Part shown: positions 57,990 to 64,000 of the stretch, piece by piece
How positions within the stretch are numbered: position 1 is the stretch's first letter
Layout of the letters: every line of letters begins with the position of its first letter
NCBI GenBank assembly: GCA_016215325.1
Contig: JACRJV010000026.1
Coordinates: 95,955 to 159,954 of the forward strand
From: Candidatus Uhrbacteria bacterium
GTDB taxonomy: Bacteria > Patescibacteriota > Patescibacteriia > JACRJV01
Direction of reading: 5' to 3'
Length of the DNA: 64,000 nucleotides
Notes under the pieces: model-generated
What the model was told of the DNA's origin: nothing
The model's database searches: none
What the model saw: only the letters and a program-made list of their open reading frames with translations
Position numbers and translations under genes: made by a program

Positions 57990-60280
57990 ATGCCTCCATC
58001 AAAAAAAATAAAAACCCTGGTGATTGTAGAGTCGCCCACCAAAGCAAAGACCATCGCAAAGATGCTTGGCCGCGAATTTAGCGTAAAATCATCATTTGGT
58101 CACATCCGCGATCTGCCAAAAAGTAACATGGGGATCGACCTTGCCCACGACTTCGATCCCCAATATGTGATCCCGAAAGAAAAGCAGCAGCATGTCACAG
58201 AATTAAAGGCCGGCGCGAAAGCCGCTGGGCGTATCATCCTTGCGACGGATGAAGACCGCGAAGGAGAAGCAATCGCATGGCACCTTGCCCAAGCCCTTGG
58301 CTTGGAGAGCGCAAAAGGCAAAGCGCAAAACCCGTTGATCGGATAGTGTTTCACGAAATTACCAAGCGGGCGATTGAGCAGGCGCTGGAGCACCCGCGCA
58401 CCATCAACAAGGATCTTGTTGATGCGCAACAAGCGCGGCGCGTGCTCGATCGGCTCGTCGGGTACGAACTTTCGCCATTCTTATGGCGCAAAGTGGCCCG
58501 CGGGCTATCGGCCGGACGCGTGCAATCAGCGGCGCTGCGGCTGATTGTCGAGCGAGAAGAAGAACGCGAGCAATTCAAGCAACAAGAATACTGGACCATC
58601 GAGGCCGAAATGCAATCAGCATCCGGATCATTCCATGCTGTGCTCACGCACCTTGATAACACTCTGCTATCAAAGTTCGCAATCCCTTCTCAGCAGCGCG
58701 CCGATGAAATTTTGAGTGCCATTGCCCACGGCAAGAGCACCATTGACAAGATCGAAAACAAATCTGCCCGCCGCACGCCCCCGCCGCCGTTCACCACCTC
58801 AACACTCCAACAAGAAGCCAACCGTCGCCTTGGGTACTCGGCAAAACAGACCATGCGCCTCGCCCAACAACTCTACGAAGGAATCGATTTGGGAGCAGAA
58901 GGGCACGCAGGCCTTATCACCTACATGCGTACTGATTCGGTCAACCTCTCGCAAGATTTTCTCGCTGAAGCCAAAGAAGCGATCCAACAACAATTTGGCC
59001 CAACGTACTGGCAGAGCTCGCGCGCATTCACCACAAAATCAAAACTTGCCCAAGAAGCGCACGAGGCAATCCGACCGTCCATGGCTCATCGATCGCCAGA
59101 ACTCGTGAAACCATTCCTTGATCCGCAACAATGGAGACTCTATGACCTGATTTGGCGGCGAGCGGTGGCAAGCCAAATGGCTTTGGCCGAAGTGGATCAA
59201 ACCACCGTGGCAATCCGCACCATCGCCAAACAGCACGCCCAATGGCATGCCAGCGGTGCGGTGATCCGTTTTGACGGTTGGCTTCGTTTGTACCCCACGA
59301 ATACCAAGGAGGGAGAATTGCCAGCACTTTCGGAAGGCGCGCCCGTCACACCAAATCCGATCACACCAGTCCAACATTTTACCCAAGCGCCCGCACGCTA
59401 TAGTGATGCAACTCTCGTCAAGGCTTTGGAAGAGCACGGGATTGGCCGCCCATCCACATATGCCCCGACCATTTCAACGGTCGTTGACCGTAATTACGTT
59501 GAGCGCGACGATGACAAGCGCTTGAAGCCCACGGACATGGGCCGACTCGTCACAAAGGTACTCAAAGAACACTTCCCGAATATTGTCGATCTTGCCTTTA
59601 CCGCAACCATGGAAGATGACCTCGATGCGGTGGCGGAAGGCAAAAAGAAATGGCAGCCGCTCATTGCATCATTCTATACGCCGTTCCACGAAAATCTCCT
59701 CGCAAAAGAAGATGTTGTTTCCAAGAAAGAATTAACCGAAGAACACAGCGACGAGCTGTGCCCCAAGTGCGGCAAGCCCATGCTCATCAAGATCGGACGA
59801 TTTGGGAAATTCTATGCCTGTAGCGGTTACCCCGAATGCAAAAGTACCAAACCCCTTGCCACGGAGGCGGCGGAAACCGGGGCCGCAGCGGCCTCGTCCG
59901 AACCAGCGCCCGATTGCCCCGAATGCGGCAAACCCATGGGGCTGAAACGCGGGCGCTTTGGTTCCTTCTGGGGCTGCACGGGGTACCCCGAATGCAAGGG
60001 CATCAAACGCATTGAGCGTTCCACGGGCATTGTCTGCCCAAAATGCGGGAAGGGTGAAATTGTCGCTCGCCGAAGCAAACGTGGCAAAACATTCTACGGG
60101 TGCAACACGTATCCAGATTGCGACTTTGTACTCTGGAGCAAACCCGTCGTGGATCCAGAAACCAAACAGGCAAAACTTTGCCCAAAGTGCAAATCCTTTC
60201 TGGTATTCGGAGCAAAAAATACAATTCGGTGTTCGAATAAGGAATGTGGGTACAGCGAGGAATCGACGATGGCGGAATAA
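57990..60280 (+). CDS. topA: DNA topoisomerase I, split by a frameshift at about 58308-58333
   Basis: [14 protein letters not shown]...DEDREGEAI in ORF 57888-58346; [22 protein letters not shown] and zinc ribbons in ORF 58277-60280. Confidence 0.93.
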
Positions 60281-60320
60281 TGTGGTACGGTGAACGTATC
60301 AGCATTGAATTCTCTTTTCT

Positions 60321-60509
60321 ATGCTCAATGAAGAGTTCAAAAAAGTTCGTGAAGAAATAAAGTCTGCCAAAGACGATACCTTGACCGCATTGGATGAACA
60401 ATCAGTCATCCTTCGGCGCTTAGACCAAGAACGGACATTCGCCTTGGAAAAGGTGAAGAAGTCAGAGGAAGAGGGGCGGCAGATAAAACTCAAACTTGCG
60501 ATTGCATAG
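60321..60509 (+). CDS. Small coiled-coil protein
   Basis: 62-aa helical ORF downstream of topA. Confidence 0.5.
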   Translation: MLNEEFKKVREEIKSAKDDTLTALDEQSVILRRLDQERTFALEKVKKSEEEGRQIKLKLAIA

Positions 60510-60583
60510 CCGTATCAACATCGTGCGCGTTTCCGGGAGGGTACTACTGCTAACTAAACATTGTAACTCAATAAAAAAAGTAT

Positions 60584-60618
60584 GAGCCGCCGGACAGGAA
60601 GAACCTGTTCGGCGGCTT
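60584..60618. terminator. Strong hairpin/terminator
   Basis: GAGCCGCCGGACAGG-AAGAA-CCTGTTCGGCGGCTT. Confidence 0.7.
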
Positions 60619-60780
60619 TGTCTCTTGCATGGTAGGAAACGATGTGGTCTAATACGAGTGGTGGGGTAGGATACACTCCCTAACATCACCTTTGGTTTTC
60701 TAGGGGTTAATATCACTACCTCACCGCATCAAATAATACGAACACCGCGAATAGCGCGGTATTTATTCTGCGCTCGCAAT

Positions 60781-60811
60781 CCCCTCACCCTAACCCTCTC
60801 CCGCGGGAGAG
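60781..60811. repeat. REP-like CCCTCACCCTAACCCTCTCCC...GGGAGAGG element
   Basis: CCTCTCCC-GC-GGGAGAGG hairpin with a CCCTCACCCTAA leader. Confidence 0.7.
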
Positions 60812-60830
60812 GAAACTCTGCGGTAATAAC

Positions 60831-60866
60831 AAAACTCCTCCGTTCCGTTTCGGACGAAGGAGTTTT
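60831..60866. terminator. Bidirectional terminator
   Basis: AAAACTCCT...AGGAGTTTT. Confidence 0.7.
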
Positions 60867-60937
60867 GCGTTTTTTGGAGTATGCCTTACGGCATCCCTAA
60901 CATCACACATTCACGCTATCACAAATTTGTGCAAATG

Positions 60938-63493
60938 TCAATACGTTGACGCCCCTGCAGGCGCATAAACGCTCAACGCATTCGAAAGACTGGTGATCAT
61001 AACAACATCGCCTGCAGAGGATGCACTCCTTGTAATGCGAACTTTTATCGATTGAGCGGCGATACTCCTAGGGAACTGGGCATGGAATACACTCTGCTGC
61101 CACGATTGCATGACATCACCCCCTGCAACCGGCCGATACACACCGTCTGCCCCAGCAACAAAAATCGCGACTGAGCTCGTTGAGGCCCCGACACCCTCCA
61201 ACGCCAACGTGAGCGATTGGATTGTTTGGAGTTGATTAAGTTGCATTCCAACGCTCGTTGAATCATCCGGGGCGATGATAACCCGTGACGGTGTTGATTC
61301 GTCCGCAACGCTCATCGAAGAAGGCTCTTGACCGGGCGTGACAATCACGGGGCACGATTGTGCTGCCGACAGAATATCACCCGAAGAGGAACGCAGCTCC
61401 ACCTGCACAGGCCACCCGTCGGGGGTGGGGGCTGGTGCAAAGGTATGGTCAATACGAAGATTTGCTTGAGCACTACCGAAGATGGCGGTATTGGATGGGA
61501 CCTGTACGCGTTTGCCATCACCCCAGTCGATAGAGATATCCGGAGTTTGTCCGACATCCGATCGATTCTTCACTGCGAACACCATTGTTGATGGTCCCCC
61601 CGCAGCAGGGTATCGGTTCGGTAACAATCCAATCGCCTCGATAGTGAGCGGATAGGATGGCCGATCCGTCGATGCGGCATTGCAGGACAAAAGAGAGTCA
61701 ACGGTGAGCGCCGCATCTTCTTTAGAAGGCACCGCGCCCCCGGCAACCAGCACCGGACCGTGGAATGGAAGCCCTGGAATCGACGGCAGATCCACGGCCA
61801 TGGCGGCGCTCATAAAGGGCATAAACCACTGGATCCCGCTCACCGTGGCGTGCGCTCCGGGGAAGGAATCTGCCCCACCGATGTGGAACTGGAGCTGCTG
61901 CGCTCGGTCGCACTGCGTGTCCATGCGCAGTTCAAATATTTTTGCTTGTCCGGCTCCCAACCGGATAGGAGTATTGCGATATGTGCTATAGATAAGGTTA
62001 TTCGGCATGACGTTCTCCCAAACGGCTACTTCATTGATTTGAGGATCCGTGATCTCTACTAACCGGGCTCGTCCCGGCTTGTTCATCCCATTATTGCATG
62101 AACCCGTACCAACGAATTCAATGGTCTTCACACGGATATCAGTTGTTTCCGATCGCAATCCAAATCGAAACACCGCCTCATCAATTCGGCCTCCGGTAAA
62201 CCCGGCAATGGGATCCTCGGGCTGTTCAACCAGCAATAGGCTGGGGATGATCATGTGGGCGCCGACGGTGCTTTCCGCTTCGGTAGCCGAAATCGGGTTC
62301 GTGATGGCGACCGAGACCGCTTCCAACGTAACGGCATTGCGTGCCGCTATGCCGGGTTCGATCCCGAGTCGAGCGAGGATAATGTCGCTGCCGATCCGAT
62401 TGAGATCACCGGACAAGACTACATACACCGAACTGTTATTGGGAATCCGCAACGGCTCCTCCGAAAAATCGATTCGCGCTTTGCCGCGGGCATCCAGGGC
62501 AACCCCTCGATCAGAGCCAAGAGCGATCTGATGCCGCATGGTCGGATCGGTATCAGCAAAAACATGTATAGACGACAGCGGCGCAACAACAGCATTGTTC
62601 CTGGATTGGCTTTGGGCGGTAAGCACAACGGGGATGGCGCTCACAACGACATCAGCCCCTCGAGCAGTCAGGCGATATTGTATCCATTGGGTACTGCGCT
62701 CGCCGGAAGAAAAAATGTACTTGAGCGGGAGCTCACGGGAAAGACTTACCTCCAAACGGGCTTCTGCTGCCTCCGACGATGGTGGATCCGTTGGCCCGAC
62801 GACAGACTCCTGCGCTTGGATTTGTACTCCCTCTGTGCTTGTGGAAGAACGCACCGGCCCCAATGGCAAAACCCCATTCACATCGTGGTAAGCGACCCCC
62901 ACCGTGCCGACGAGCCGCCGGGGGCGAACACGCGCATCCGCAGGGACGGTGAATCGGGGCGCGATCTCGGCGAGCCCCACATCGGTGGTGGTGCCACTGA
63001 CTGCATCAATCACGAAACGGAATCCGAGCGTTCGCTTCGGTTCTGCCAGCATCACGGTCGCATTTGGAAACCCCGGATCTGCTAATGACGCGATACCAGC
63101 AATGGACCCATCAGGACGCGGGGCCGGCAGTCGAGACCCGTCAAAGAATTCGAAATGGCCATCCGTGATCGACTGGAGAGCGCTCCCGCGATCGAATAAT
63201 CGGATGGATTCGAGGATCACTTCTTTTGGGAACTGCACCTCGATAAAGGCGCCGCTGCCCTGCCCGTCACTCACCCACTCACCGCTGGCGTTGGGCAAGG
63301 CATTCGTACAGTGATATCGATTACTGGCATCCGGTTTTGTCGTTGAACAGACAACCGTCCAATCAAGGGCGCTCTCGGATGTATTCCCAAACGATTGACC
63401 AGGCCGCACCCAATTGGGTATAACAACCATAGCAGCCATGGCGAGCACCCCCAGTGTGGCCATGGATGCAATATGATAATGGTGCTTATTCAT
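60938..63493 (-). CDS. Large secreted/surface beta-rich protein
   Basis: Signal/TM segment, discoidin-like EWVSDGQGSGAFIEV, PKD-like IDWGDG. Confidence 0.75.
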   Translation of the reverse strand: MNKHHYHIASMATLGVLAMAAMVVIPNWVRPGQSFGNTSESALDWTVVCSTTKPDASNRYHCTNALPNASGEWVSDGQGSGAFIEVQFPKEVILESIRLFDRGSALQSITDGHFEFFDGSRLPAPRPDGSIAGIASLADPGFPNATVMLAEPKRTLGFRFVIDAVSGTTTDVGLAEIAPRFTVPADARVRPRRLVGTVGVAYHDVNGVLPLGPVRSSTSTEGVQIQAQESVVGPTDPPSSEAAEARLEVSLSRELPLKYIFSSGERSTQWIQYRLTARGADVVVSAIPVVLTAQSQSRNNAVVAPLSSIHVFADTDPTMRHQIALGSDRGVALDARGKARIDFSEEPLRIPNNSSVYVVLSGDLNRIGSDIILARLGIEPGIAARNAVTLEAVSVAITNPISATEAESTVGAHMIIPSLLLVEQPEDPIAGFTGGRIDEAVFRFGLRSETTDIRVKTIEFVGTGSCNNGMNKPGRARLVEITDPQINEVAVWENVMPNNLIYSTYRNTPIRLGAGQAKIFELRMDTQCDRAQQLQFHIGGADSFPGAHATVSGIQWFMPFMSAAMAVDLPSIPGLPFHGPVLVAGGAVPSKEDAALTVDSLLSCNAASTDRPSYPLTIEAIGLLPNRYPAAGGPSTMVFAVKNRSDVGQTPDISIDWGDGKRVQVPSNTAIFGSAQANLRIDHTFAPAPTPDGWPVQVELRSSSGDILSAAQSCPVIVTPGQEPSSMSVADESTPSRVIIAPDDSTSVGMQLNQLQTIQSLTLALEGVGASTSSVAIFVAGADGVYRPVAGGDVMQSWQQSVFHAQFPRSIAAQSIKVRITRSASSAGDVVMITSLSNALSVYAPAGASTY

Positions 63494-63582
63494 AGGGTAG
63501 AATTCATCTGTACTATAGCAAAAAGCCATTGCTCGTGGAAGTGAATATCCCCCACGCACCAACGATGGTACAATGAGAACGT

Positions 63583-64000
63583 ATGTCCACCCCCCCCACA
63601 TTCCAACGCCTCAAAACCATTTTGCTCACCAACGCCCCAAAACGGGACATCGAATTAGTCCATCGAGCGTATCATTTTGCAAAAGATGCTCACAAGGGCC
63701 AGCGGCGCGCAAGCGGAGAAGAGTATATTGTTCATCCGCTGGCAACAGCCATCACGCTGGCCAAGATGCGGCTGGATAACGCAACGGTTGCGGCAGGCCT
63801 GCTCCACGATGTTTCGGACGATACCCCGATCACCATCAATGAGATTGAAAAGGAATTCGGCTATGATGTTGCGCAACTGGTCAGCGGCGTCACGAAGCTC
63901 GGGAAAGTCCGTTATCGCGGGATTGATCGGTACGTCGAAAACTTGCGCAAGATGTTTGTGGCCATGGCGCAGGACATCCGGGTCATCATCATCAAATTTG
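63583..64000 (+). CDS. RelA/SpoT family protein, N-terminal HD domain (runs off the window)
   Basis: Manual translation AH.GQRRASGEEYIVHP, AAGLLHD, GVTKL, ENLRKMFVAMAQDIRV. Confidence 0.95.
   Translation, partial: MSTPPTFQRLKTILLTNAPKRDIELVHRAYHFAKDAHKGQRRASGEEYIVHPLATAITLAKMRLDNATVAAGLLHDVSDDTPITINEIEKEFGYDVAQLVSGVTKLGKVRYRGIDRYVENLRKMFVAMAQDIRVIIIKF

Overview
Chromosomal segment of a Patescibacteria (CPR) bacterium using genetic code 11. The assignment is inferred from gene content: minor-pilin trio, short TsaB, AlaRS without the C-Ala domain, archaeal-type PyrH, RpoA without its C-terminal domain, and a VirD4-like ATPase with its membrane partner. Core loci: pilV/W/X-like genes, CIRCE-regulated hrcA-grpE-dnaK-dnaJ, a csp gene, pyrD/pyrF/pyrE, mraZ-rsmH-ftsL-ftsI-murF with MraZ boxes, rplJ-rplL, infA-rpmJ-rpsM-rpsK-rpsD-rpoA-rplQ-rplM-rpsI, alaS, mnmA, dprA-topA and the start of relA/spoT. 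Accessory parts: a degraded islet at tRNA-Glu(CTC) with an HUH/RAYT transposase, an ABC-2 exporter, glycosyltransferases and orphan genes. The most unusual signals are: (1) a pervasive set of 7/8/9-mer inverted tandem arrays and small palindromes at gene junctions and inside conserved proteins, one of which frameshifts topA; (2) three exact 27-bp direct repeats bracketing an ArsR-like HTH gene and a cargo gene like cassettes; (3) a ~300-nt three-domain structured region between mnmA and alaS; (4) a Com-like zinc-ribbon gene followed by an attenuator-like leader in front of a cysteine desulfurase; (5) a promoter-leader-terminator in front of an AsnRS paralog lacking the anticodon-binding domain. 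All calls come from reading the sequence by eye; no searches were run.
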